A stretch of 64,000 nt of DNA from contig DEIN01000014.1 of NCBI GenBank assembly GCA_002352465.1, positions 4,429 to 68,428 on the forward strand. The letters run 5' to 3'. Made by a program: the position numbers and the translations under genes. Within the stretch, counting starts at the first letter, position 1. Every line of letters begins with the position of its first letter. Positions 1-8,798 of this stretch are shown piece by piece. The notes beneath the pieces were generated by a model. The model was not told the DNA's origin, searched no databases, and saw only the letters and a program-made list of their open reading frames with translations. The DNA is from Patescibacteria group bacterium UBA2773. Its GTDB lineage: Bacteria > Patescibacteriota > Minisyncoccia > Moranbacterales > DUUL01.

Positions 1-1726
1 CAAACAAAAACTTAGCCATTTCCCCAAAAACTGGTCCCGCTGTGCTTTCTGCCCATTCAACATCTTTTGGATCGTCAATCACAACCAGCATTACAAATTT
101 AGGCTTATCAACTGGTCCAAAACCAGCAAAAGATCCAACGGTTGAACCCTCGATATACCCGCCTTTTTCTTTATCGGAAATCTGAGCCGTCCCTGTTTTC
201 CCTGCCACTCGATAACCAGGCACTCCAGCTGATTTTCCATGCCCCTTAATAACATTACTTTCTAACATCAAACCGACTTTGTTTGAAGCATCTTGAGAAA
301 CCACCTTTCTAATAACCTCTCTCTCTATTTTCTTTTCATTTCCCTTGGAATCAATAATGGACTTCACAATTTTTGGCTTCACTAACTCTCCCCCATTAGC
401 CAAAGTGCCATAAGCTGTTGCCAGCTGAATTGGTGTCACAGTTATTCCTTGTCCGAAAGAAGCAGTATAATATTCAATATCCCGATTCGTTTTTAAATTC
501 GAAATATTACCGTTCAGCTCGCCAGTCAATTCAATTCCAGTCTTTTTACCAAATCCAAATTTCTCGACATAATCCAAAAACTTATCATTACCTAATTTTT
601 GTTCAATGTAAATAACACCAGTATTAATCGACTTCTCAATTATCTCCGTCATCGTTTGCTCTCCGTAAACTTTTTCTTCTGAATTTTTAATAGTATATCC
701 AGAAATTTGAACCTCTCCTCTATCAACATAGGTGCTATCGGCTTCAATCACCCCAGCATCCAAACCGGCCACCATCGTAAAAGCTTTAAAAACTGACCCA
801 CATTCATAAACATTAGCCAAACTAGAATTCATATAAAGACTAGGACTTTCAACCTCAGAAAAATTATTCAAATCGAAAGTTGGTTCCTGTGCCATAGCCA
901 AAATATCTCCGCTATAGGGATCCAGAACAATAATTCGACCGCCTTCAGCCCGATGTTTTTCTATTGCATTTTTTAAAGTCAATTCCGCCTTAAACTGAAT
1001 AGCATAATCTAAAGACAAAACCAAATCATTGCCGTTTTGAGCTGGGCTAATAAACCGCTCTCCAATTGAAATCCAACGACTTCCTGCATCTTTTTCTTGC
1101 TTCAGCCAACCCTTTTCCCCTAACAACAAATCATTGTAAGATTTTTCTACTCCATAAAGTCCACTTTTTTTATCATTTTTATAGCCTTCAAAACCCACCA
1201 CTTGGGCTGCCAAAGAATTATTAGGATAATATCGCCAACTTTCACTTTCAAGCTGAATTCCTTCGTTGTCCAACTCTTTAATTTTAAACACTTCCTCCTC
1301 AGAAATTTTTCGTTTCAATGGTTCGTAGGCATCCCCCTTTTTCAATAATCTTGAATAAACCTTTTCTCGATCTAAATCTAGAATTTCGCTCACCTTATAA
1401 GAAAGCACTTCTGCACTTTCATCGTCAAGAATACTAGGCACCGCAAAAGCCGTAAACATCTCTTTGTTAGTGGCTACCGGCAATAAACCACTTCCTTCGC
1501 TTAAAAAAATCCCCCCTCGTTTAGGCTCCAAAGTTGATTGAAAAAAATGTTGTCTATCAGCCTGCTCTTTATAATAATCATAACTTTTAACCTGCAAAAA
1601 ATATAATCTAAAAAAAACAATTCCGAATAAAGACAAGACCAAAAAAGAAAGAATATTAATTCTATTCTTAAAAGTTTTTTCTCGACTATCATTATTCTGC
1701 CCCTTTTCTTTAATATTATTGACCAT
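1..1726 (-). CDS. Class B penicillin-binding protein (FtsI/PBP2-like), 3' end outside window
   Basis: Missing from the ORF track because it runs off the edge. Manual translation from ATG 1726 gives MVNNIKEK, a TM helix, RYYP, the SxxK motif (GSVFK), SxN (KSIN) and KTGTAQ. Lies downstream of mraZ-rsmH-ftsL. Confidence 0.92.
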   Translation of the reverse strand, partial: MVNNIKEKGQNNDSREKTFKNRINILSFLVLSLFGIVFFRLYFLQVKSYDYYKEQADRQHFFQSTLEPKRGGIFLSEGSGLLPVATNKEMFTAFAVPSILDDESAEVLSYKVSEILDLDREKVYSRLLKKGDAYEPLKRKISEEEVFKIKELDNEGIQLESESWRYYPNNSLAAQVVGFEGYKNDKKSGLYGVEKSYNDLLLGEKGWLKQEKDAGSRWISIGERFISPAQNGNDLVLSLDYAIQFKAELTLKNAIEKHRAEGGRIIVLDPYSGDILAMAQEPTFDLNNFSEVESPSLYMNSSLANVYECGSVFKAFTMVAGLDAGVIEADSTYVDRGEVQISGYTIKNSEEKVYGEQTMTEIIEKSINTGVIYIEQKLGNDKFLDYVEKFGFGKKTGIELTGELNGNISNLKTNRDIEYYTASFGQGITVTPIQLATAYGTLANGGELVKPKIVKSIIDSKGNEKKIEREVIRKVVSQDASNKVGLMLESNVIKGHGKSAGVPGYRVAGKTGTAQISDKEKGGYIEGSTVGSFAGFGPVDKPKFVMLVVIDDPKDVEWAESTAGPVFGEMAKFLF

Positions 1727-1774
1727 AATGATTTCCGATAATAATTCTAGCCGTCAATTCGTTCAAAAGCTTTT

Positions 1775-2149
1775 TTATTTAGCCATCGCCATCGAATCGT
1801 CTTTTTTAATTTCAACAAAACTTACTTGTTCCGGATTAACCAAATTCAATCGTTCTCTTTCATTTTCAAAATGATAGCTAGATTTCAATTGAGCCACTTG
1901 AATTTCTAAAAATTTGTTTTGTTCTTTTAATTCTTCCAACATTTCTTCTGCAATATTAATCTCCTGACCCATAGTTGCCAATTGATTGATTTGAAAAAGA
2001 TAGGCTAGACTAGAGACACCCACCATTAAAAATAAAACAAAAAAAGCTAATTTCAAACTGAAAAATTGACCAATATCTTGAGATTTTTTAACTTTGCTTT
2101 TATTAACATTAAAGCTCTCGTAATTTTTTATCAATAATGATTTTCTCAT
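1775..2149 (-). CDS. FtsL-like / septum formation initiator protein
   Basis: One TM helix followed by a coiled coil; sits between rsmH and the PBP, the usual ftsL position. Confidence 0.7.
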   Translation of the reverse strand: MRKSLLIKNYESFNVNKSKVKKSQDIGQFFSLKLAFFVLFLMVGVSSLAYLFQINQLATMGQEINIAEEMLEELKEQNKFLEIQVAQLKSSYHFENERERLNLVNPEQVSFVEIKKDDSMAMAK

Positions 2150-2189
2150 TGAAATTGATTTATTTTTAATTTTTATTTTTAATCCAAAT

Positions 2190-2368
2190 TATCCGTTGGA
2201 CGGAAACAAGAATTAAGTTTGAATACAATTTCGTAGTAAAATTTAAAATTTTTGAAGCACTGGCTATAATCAATGTAAGAAAATTTTTTTATAATATAGC
2301 CAAAAATTTTAGATTAAATAGAAAGGGTATTCAAATTTAATCCCGAAACAAAGAAATGTGCCAAACAA
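2190..2368. repeat. Degenerate long palindrome: family B-like hairpin with a family A right arm
   Basis: Inverted arms ttaagtttgaatac...gtattcaaatttaa followed by aaacaaagaaatgtgccaaac; same layout as 8104-8294. Confidence 0.6.
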
Positions 2369-3325
2369 TTAATTAATGGATACTTTTTCTGCCACTCGAA
2401 GCTTAGCGCTTCTTGACCTTGTATTTTCTTTTAGCTCTTTTTCCGACGGTCTAATTGGCTTTTGAGTAATTATTTTTAAATTCTTTTTTTGATTACAAAC
2501 GCAGATCGGAAATTCCTTGGGACAAATACATCCCCCTGTATTTGCCCTAAAGAACTTTTTCACTATTCGATCTTCGAGGGAATGAAAACTTATCACTGCT
2601 ACTCGACCTTCGTTATTTAAAACGCCCATTGCTTCTTTTAAAAAAACTTCCAAATTTTCCAATTCATTATTAACTGTAATTCGTAAAGCTTGAAAAACTT
2701 TCGTGGCTGGATTTATCCCTCTCCTTGATGTTGCATTACCAATTACTATCGTTTCCAGTTCCTTGGTTGTTTCAATTTTCTTTTCCTTCCGACTTTCAAT
2801 TATTCTTTTCGCAATTTTTCGAGCACTAGGCTCTTCTCCGTAGCGAAAAAATATATCCACTAACGACTCCTCTTTCCAACTATTCACAACATGATATGCC
2901 GTTCTCGTCCCTTCTTGTCCCAATCTCATATCCAACGGAGCATCAATTTGAAAACTCATTCCATATTTTTTATTTTTGACTTGGTCTAACCGCCAACCTA
3001 AATCAGCAATTATTCCATCCACTTTATCAATCTTCAAATCTTTCAATATTTGCCGAAGATTAATAAAATTATCTTTCACTAAATGAACTTTCGGCCCTTT
3101 CGAATTATTTTTAATTCGTCCGTCTCTGACGGATTTTATCTTTTCTTCAAACTCATCCAAAGCTATCTGATCCAAATCAATTCCAACCAAAATTCCCGTT
3201 TCTCCAATTTTTTCCATCGCTAGCAAACTGTGTCCGCCTCCACCCAATGTCGCATCAATCACTGTCATTCCTGGCTTTAAATTCAAACTTTCCACCGTCT
3301 CCCTCAGTAAAACTGTTGTATGCAT
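2369..3325 (-). CDS. rsmH: 16S rRNA m4C1402 methyltransferase RsmH (MraW)
   Basis: HxxVLLxE, DATLGGGGHS, PLDMR, ISFHSLEDRIVK and RSRSAKLR motifs. Confidence 0.97.
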   Translation of the reverse strand: MHTTVLLRETVESLNLKPGMTVIDATLGGGGHSLLAMEKIGETGILVGIDLDQIALDEFEEKIKSVRDGRIKNNSKGPKVHLVKDNFINLRQILKDLKIDKVDGIIADLGWRLDQVKNKKYGMSFQIDAPLDMRLGQEGTRTAYHVVNSWKEESLVDIFFRYGEEPSARKIAKRIIESRKEKKIETTKELETIVIGNATSRRGINPATKVFQALRITVNNELENLEVFLKEAMGVLNNEGRVAVISFHSLEDRIVKKFFRANTGGCICPKEFPICVCNQKKNLKIITQKPIRPSEKELKENTRSRSAKLRVAEKVSIN

Positions 3326-3407
3326 AAATTAATTTTGAATTTTAAATTTCGATTCAATTTTTAATGACTGAATATCTGAATTTTTAAACATTTATTATGA
3401 ATTATCT

Positions 3408-3526
3408 GGGAATTAAACCTTTGAGCAAAATTCGAGGAAAAAACGAGCATTCGAATAAGGTGTATAAAAATACAGCGAATGAGAAACGGAGTTTTTGACA
3501 AAGAAATTTGCCAAATGTGAATTCCC
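3408..3526. repeat. ERIC/RPE-like long imperfect palindrome, family A
   Basis: Ends gggaatt/aattccc; tttgagcaaaattcgaggaaaa...tttttgacaaagaaatttgccaaa; central tgtat-aaaa-ataca. Confidence 0.75.
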
Positions 3527-3530
3527 GCCA

Positions 3531-3965
3531 TTAGTAGATTCCTAATCGTCCAAGTTGCTCTGCAATCTTATCCTGATCTTTCTCCGCCCCCCTCTTATAT
3601 TTATCCCAAACTCCTTCATCCCAAATTTCTAACCGATTATACAATCCCGCCACTGTCACTCCTTTTTTCAGCTTGGCATAATCTTTTAAATAATCCGGAA
3701 CCACAATTCTTCCCTGCGAATCCAAATCCAAATCAATCGCTCCCGCCAACATCAATCGGACAAAACTTCGAGTTGATTTTTCTCCCACCGGCATATTTCC
3801 CAATTTCTCAGCAATTTTTTCCCACTCTTTCATTGGATAAACAAATAAGCATTGGTCAAGCCCCCGAGTGACCACTACCTTTCCTTTAAAATCACCCCGA
3901 AATTTAGAAGGCAACGCCAATCTCCTCTTGCTATCTATTGAATGTTTGTATTCGCCTATAAACAT
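3531..3965 (-). CDS. mraZ: Transcriptional regulator MraZ
   Basis: MFIGEYKHSIDSKRRLALPSKFR, DSQGRI, RLEIW; upstream of rsmH. Confidence 0.97.
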   Translation of the reverse strand: MFIGEYKHSIDSKRRLALPSKFRGDFKGKVVVTRGLDQCLFVYPMKEWEKIAEKLGNMPVGEKSTRSFVRLMLAGAIDLDLDSQGRIVVPDYLKDYAKLKKGVTVAGLYNRLEIWDEGVWDKYKRGAEKDQDKIAEQLGRLGIY

Positions 3966-3975
3966 ATTCTTTGCT

Positions 3976-4010
3976 CCTCCCCCTTTATAAAGGGAGATTG
4001 AGGGGGTTTT
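3976..4010. repeat. Short REP-like palindrome (CCCCTTT..AAAGGG type)
   Basis: cctccccctttataaagggagattgagggggtttt, near-identical to 53615-53650. Confidence 0.75.
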
Positions 4011-4213
4011 AAGTAATTAAATGTTCATTCTTTATTTGCAAAATTTTGAATTTTGAATTTTGAATTTTAAATCAATTTTTAATGTCTGAATATCTGAATT
4101 TTTAAACTTTCATTCAATTTTCAAATCGAACCTTCCAATCGAACCAAGACTTTTTTATTTAAGTACAGTTCGAGGAAAAATCCTTCTTTATTATTTTCCG
4201 TTTTTGCGTTACC

Positions 4214-4334
4214 AGAAATTTATTGTTTGAGTAAAATTAAAGGAAAATTCGAGGACCGAACAAAGTGTACTGAATAGGACAGCGAGAGAGTGACAGAAAA
4301 TTTGACGAAGAAGTTTGCCAAACAAAGAATTTCT
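4214..4334. repeat. ERIC/RPE-like long imperfect palindrome, family A
   Basis: Ends agaaatt/aatttct; ttgtttgagtaaa...tttgacgaagaagtttgccaaacaa. Confidence 0.7.
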
Positions 4335-4347
4335 AATCTTTATATTT

Positions 4348-4400
4348 CCCCACTTTTCACCACCTGATACCATTTTAAACCACTCCCCTCTCCTTGTCAA
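4348..4400 (-). promoter_or_regulatory. mraZ/dcw sigma70 promoter overlapping four MraZ-binding (G/A)TGG repeats
   Basis: Minus strand reads TTGACA-17 nt-TAAAAT. GTGGTTTAAA ATGGTATCAG GTGGTGAAAA GTGGGG has 10-nt periodicity, the known DCW-box arrangement. Confidence 0.85.
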
Positions 4401-4823
4401 ACACTCTCCTCCCTTTCCCTAATTATTCTTTAAATCCCACTAAAAAAACAGCTTATTAATGCCGTTTCCTACTTCTTCTATCTAAAATAAAATATATTTT
4501 ACAACCCCGACTCCACTGAGTTATCAACAATTTGTCAACAATCGTGACTCATCTTCTACTCTCAGAAAATCTCCGGAGATCGAACCTCTGTGAATACAGC
4601 GGTTCGACCTCAAGAGATTTTTACTACCGATCAACTTTGTCATTCCCCCTGCAGAATTTCCGCACCATAGCCCTGTCTACCAGTAGACAGCTTTAACGAA
4701 AGCAAGCTTGCTACGCCATAGCCTTAACGAAAACGGACGAGAATCCAACTACTAAATTTAACAAACTCAAAAAAAACAAGGAGCATTAGTGAATACTGCT
4801 AACCCCTTAGAACTGATCCTTTT

Positions 4824-5123
4824 TCAGATTGATTTTTTGATACATGAATTCATAAAAACCAGGTCTTCTTTTCCGCCATTGTGCAAGTCATAAAGACCTT
4901 CTTCAACACAAGAACGACCATTAAAAATTCGACCTTAATCAAGAAGTCCAAAGCGAGATTGATCTTGTCTTAAAACTTCTCCTGAACCAGAAAAAATTAT
5001 AATAACCAAATAAAAATTGTTCCCGAACGGCATCACCAGATGTTTTTCACCAGGCTTTAAAACAAATCTTGTTTGATAATCCACTTAAAGAAAAACTTCC
5101 TCAAAAGTCTTTTTGTCTTTCAT
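4824..5123 (-). pseudogene. Small cupin-like protein, two in-frame TAA stops
   Basis: SD AAGGAGG then ATG 5123. Reads MKDKKTFEEVFL*VDYQTRFVLKPGEKH...FSGSGEV...LLD*GRIF...YDLHNGGKEDLVFMN; stops at 5085-5087 and 4935-4937. Confidence 0.55.
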
Positions 5124-5167
5124 TTTAAACCCCTCCTTATCTAAAAATAGATTATTTTTCCGCCATA

Positions 5168-5479
5168 TTAATGAGCGCCCCGAATAAAAAACCAATCCCC
5201 CCATTTTGGACAAAAAATTCCACTTTTTAAGCCAGCTTCAGTGACAAAAAGAAAAGCTTTTTCCCTTCCATGATTCTCCCCACAACGAAGACAAGTTCGA
5301 CTTAACGAACCTTCTCCATAAAAAACATTTCCGGAATAAACACGTCTCAGTCTTCCTTCTGCCGGAAAAACCAAAGACTTACACACCAGACATTTATAAA
5401 CTTCAAATTTTTCACCTCCCAAGCTGGCATCAGTCGAAATATTAACCAGATCTTTTTTGGTTAAAATTCCTCGATACAT
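5168..5479 (-). CDS. Hypothetical protein with two CxxC pairs, probably 5'-truncated
   Basis: CLVC and CLRC. The frame stays open upstream (IPEVDPENPTQCSCGGWDEK) to a stop near 5563. Confidence 0.45.
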   Translation of the reverse strand: MYRGILTKKDLVNISTDASLGGEKFEVYKCLVCKSLVFPAEGRLRRVYSGNVFYGEGSLSRTCLRCGENHGREKAFLFVTEAGLKSGIFCPKWGDWFFIRGAH

Positions 5480-5700
5480 TCCCTGGTAATAACGTTTAGT
5501 TTTTTCATCCCATCCGCCACAAGAACATTGGGTTGGATTTTCAGGATCAACTTCAGGAATTCAAGAACAATTTCTTATTATTTTTTCCAATCCTTAAAAA
5601 TTATTTTTTTGCCATCTCGCTGAATAATAATTTTTTGTCGTTCTCTGATTCCCAACTCATCTACAATCTCAGCTGGAATATTAATCGACAAATTTCTTGG

Positions 5701-5855
5701 CGACTATCTAAATCTCTTTTTTCGTTACGAAATTTTAAAATTTAAAACGAAAAAAATGAAGAATGAGAAGACATACGATAATACGTCGACGAATTCTGAA
5801 TTTTTTGCAGCTTAAATTTTAAAATTGCAGTAAAATAAAGAGATTTAGATAGTCG
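5701..5855. repeat. Long palindrome, family B
   Basis: Perfect 19-bp terminal inverted repeat cgactatctaaatctcttt/aaagagatttagatagtcg; inner ttacgaaattttaaaattt/aaattttaaaattgcagtaa. Confidence 0.85.
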
Positions 5856-6013
5856 TCTACCCTTGTCGAACTACTTTTCTAACATACTTTTTGCTTTTCA
5901 TTTTTTTATTTTTAATTTTTATTTGATAAAAAACAGCCTTAATCTGTTTTTAATTCCAAAAACTTTTTAAATGCAGATCGAGGCTCTTTCATTAAATTAT
6001 AATTTTCATAATC

Positions 6014-6424
6014 TTAAATTTTGATCCATTCAAATGAATCGTGTTCATGACTCAATCGAACCTCGCTATTATTTTCTTTCAACTTACATTCAAAGTAAAT
6101 GCCAATAATTTGCCATTGTTCATCCTTAACAATTGGCTGCCACTCTTCAATTCCAAAAGGTTTTAGAATCTCGATTTCCAATCCCGTTTCTTCTTTCACC
6201 TCTCGAATCAAGGCTTCTTCTGGTTTTTCTCCTCGTTCCATTTTTCCGCCTGGAAACTCAAATTTTCCTGGATTTGTTCCAGTATCTTTATCCCTAGCTT
6301 CTTCTAAAATCAAAACCTTCCCATCCCTCACAATGAAAGCTTTCGTTGCCACAAACAATTTATCTGGAATTTTTTGATTCCATCCGCCTCTGGAGAATTC
6401 TTCATTAACTTGTTTTTTATCCAT
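6014..6424 (-). CDS. NUDIX hydrolase (MutT-like)
   Basis: Nudix box GGKMERGEKPEEALIREVKEETGL. Confidence 0.9.
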   Translation of the reverse strand: MDKKQVNEEFSRGGWNQKIPDKLFVATKAFIVRDGKVLILEEARDKDTGTNPGKFEFPGGKMERGEKPEEALIREVKEETGLEIEILKPFGIEEWQPIVKDEQWQIIGIYFECKLKENNSEVRLSHEHDSFEWIKI

Positions 6425-6977
6425 AAATATTATTTTTTAGTTCTTGATATTTATTTTCATCCAATAGCGCTTCATACATCACAAACTTAAAACCGATTGG
6501 GACGGTAAATCTGGGATCCCGACAAAGTTGAAGAAATTCATCAAAATCAAAAAATTTAATTTTAATTTTTTCTCCAGCATCTAAATTTTGCTTGGTAATT
6601 TTTTTGCAATTTCTTCCCACAAAAATCGTTTCAGGAAAAACTAATTTTGAATAGTCTCCATCTCCAAATTCTTCTATTTTTATTATTTCCTCAGCCTTAT
6701 AGCCAGTTTCTTCTAGTAATTCTCTTTCAGCTGACTTAAAAACATCTTCATCTTTTTCCACCCGACCTCCAGGTAATGAAGGGAAAAGAGGTTTTCCAGG
6801 TTGCTCTTGATCTAAAACCAAAATCTTGTCATCCACTATAGCAATAACATCCACAGAAGGTTTTCGATATAACATTTCGAAAGTTTGATGCGACCCATCG
6901 AACATCTCCTGTTCCCAATGATGAACATCAAATAAAATCCCCTCAAAAACTTTTTTAGAATCTTTTGGTATCTTCAT
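6417..6977 (-). CDS. NUDIX hydrolase (ADP-ribose pyrophosphatase-like)
   Basis: Nudix box GGRVEKDEDVFKSAERELLEETGY. Confidence 0.9.
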   Translation of the reverse strand: MKIPKDSKKVFEGILFDVHHWEQEMFDGSHQTFEMLYRKPSVDVIAIVDDKILVLDQEQPGKPLFPSLPGGRVEKDEDVFKSAERELLEETGYKAEEIIKIEEFGDGDYSKLVFPETIFVGRNCKKITKQNLDAGEKIKIKFFDFDEFLQLCRDPRFTVPIGFKFVMYEALLDENKYQELKNNIYG

Positions 6978-6978
6978 A

Positions 6979-7962
6979 TTATTTTTTCAATAAAATTAAA
7001 ATCAAACCAATCATTCGGTCTTTGTCCTTGGGATTACTTTCAGCAATCAACAAAGTTAAAGCAGTCAAAGCCGAAGGAGTTAAATTATTTGCATCCAACA
7101 AACTAGCTTTTTGCAAAAACCAAACAAAACTAAACGCTCCAGTTCTTTTATTACCATCATTGAAAACGTGATTTTTTACTACAAAGTATAAAAGATGGGC
7201 CACTTTTTCTTCCACGGTTAGATAAAGATCTTTCCCGCCAAAAGTTTGAAAAACATTTCCAACAATCCCAGCAAAATTTCCTGGATTTTTCTCCAATGCA
7301 AACAAATTACTAGCTTCTTTCTTTTTCATCAAGTTCGCCTTTAAATCCTTGACTGATTCTTCAAGCTCATCAGCTGTAAAATTAATCTTCTTTTTGCTCG
7401 CTCCTTTTTTTGGCAAACTAGATTTATCATAAGCATCCAATGAAATCCAAGTGTTAGCAAAAACCTCAACTAGATTCAAAGCTTCGCTACTTCCAACCAA
7501 ATCACTGCCTTTTGATAATTTTTTAATAGACTCAATTGCTTCTAATAACTTAGCTTTATTATATTCTAAGCTATCTTTGTTTATTGCATAGCCTCGAACC
7601 AAATATTTTTTCAAAACTGAAGTTGACCAAATTCTAAATTTAATAGCTTTCTACGAATTTACTCTGTATCCAACAGAAATAATCATATCAAGATTATATA
7701 AATTCATCGTTCTTGTCTTGCCATCTCTAACAACCTGTTCTATTTTGGAACAGGTTGCTTTCTCTTCTAGTTCCTTAGTTTTATAAATATTTTGAACATG
7801 CTTAACAATAGCAGGACAATTGACATCAACAATAGTTGCTATTTGATGAGCATCAAGCCACAAGGTTTCTTTTTAAAAACGTACCTTTAAACCAACCTCT
7901 TTGGCAGAAGTTTTATAAATAACAACTTCTCCTTTATTAAATTAGTTTTTATTTTTATTCAT
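6979..7962 (-). pseudogene. RhuM/Fic-DOC family protein with three in-frame stops
   Basis: One frame from ATG 7962: MNKNKN*FNKGEVVIYK...VRF*KETLWLDAHQIA...YNLDMIISVGYRVNS*KAIKFRIWSTSVLKKYL; Fic motif HVFNDGNKRTG intact. Confidence 0.85.
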
Positions 7963-8014
7963 AATATTTTTTTAAAATTAAATTGCAATGTGAATTGTAA
8001 TTTAAACTCCTTGT

Positions 8015-8294
8015 GGCTTGTGCGTTTGAGTAAAGTTCGAGGAAAAGTTGAGTATTTTTTAGAAACGCACTGAATGGTGCGATGAGGAAAAAACAGGAAT
8101 TTAGGCGTTAATCTTAAATACAATTTTGTTACAAGATTGAAAATTTTTAAAATAAATTATTCAAACAATTTTTACAGAGCTAACCCGTTAGCTCAAGAAA
8201 ATTTTCGGATAATTTAGTTAAAAATTTTAAATCGCAGTAAAAAGAGTATTTGAAATTAATGCCAAACAAAGAAATTTGCCAAACACACGAGTCC
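8015..8294. repeat. Family A palindrome with a family B palindrome (8104-8263) nested inside
   Basis: Outer ggcttgtgcgtttgagtaaagttcgaggaaaa...caaagaaatttgccaaacacacgagtcc; inner ggcgttaatcttaaatac...gcagtaaaaagagtatttgaaattaatgcc. Confidence 0.75.
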
Positions 8295-8296
8295 GA

Positions 8297-8620
8297 CTAT
8301 CTCAAGCCTAATTGGCTTTTCAACTGAGCAGCTTCCTGCTTAGTCATTTGCCCCGCTTTAACCGATTCATTCAGTTGTTTTAAAATTTTATCTTTTTCTT
8401 TAAGAATATTTTGCGGATTCATCATTTTCCGCATTGCTTCTTCCCGTTTAGCTTGAGGCATTTTTTTGAAAAGTTTCAAAGCCCAACGTTCTTTTCTCGA
8501 TAATTTTGAATCATCAAAATTTTCCAACATCGAATCCATCTTATCCATCATTCCATCTTTTTTTGAATCATCAACTTGATTATCATCCTTCTTCTTTTTA
8601 GCAAAATTAAAAAAACCCAT
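8297..8620 (-). CDS. Hypothetical helical protein (Lys/Met-rich)
   Basis: 107-aa ORF co-oriented with rpoD; plausible composition. Confidence 0.7.
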   Translation of the reverse strand: MGFFNFAKKKKDDNQVDDSKKDGMMDKMDSMLENFDDSKLSRKERWALKLFKKMPQAKREEAMRKMMNPQNILKEKDKILKQLNESVKAGQMTKQEAAQLKSQLGLR

Positions 8621-8647
8621 CTTGATTTTTTAATATTTAAAAAATAA

Positions 8648-8795
8648 TTTTCAATTTACAGTTTTCAATTTTCAATGAATTTTCAATGCTTTAATTTTCA
8701 ATTTTCAAACTTTTTATGCAAACACAGTTCGCATTCATTGAAAATTTACTAATTGATTATTGATTGTAAATTGTAAATTGGTTTATTGTAAATTT
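8648..8795. repeat. Heptamer-repeat hairpin
   Basis: Tandem TTTTCAA units followed by inverted ATTGTAA/TTGAAAA-type units. Confidence 0.7.
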
Positions 8796-8798
8796 TCT

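Noticed and set aside
1501-1692. 63-aa ORF suggesting a frameshifted PBP start
   Set aside because: The PBP frame is open from ATG 1726 to the window edge; this ORF is an alternative-frame shadow.
4520-4542. DnaA-box-like ttatcaaca/ttgtcaaca as a replication origin
   Set aside because: Only two mismatched boxes, no dnaA nearby and no switch in gene orientation.
4560-4625. tRNA suggested by GGTTCGA
   Set aside because: It is part of a simple hairpin (aaaatctc..tcgaacc/ggttcga..gagatttt) with no D or anticodon arm; more like a REP.
4824-7962. Stop-codon reassignment to explain in-frame stops
   Set aside because: The stops are TAA/TAG, and TAA, TAG and TGA all end intact genes in this window. 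Core genes have no internal stops under code 11.
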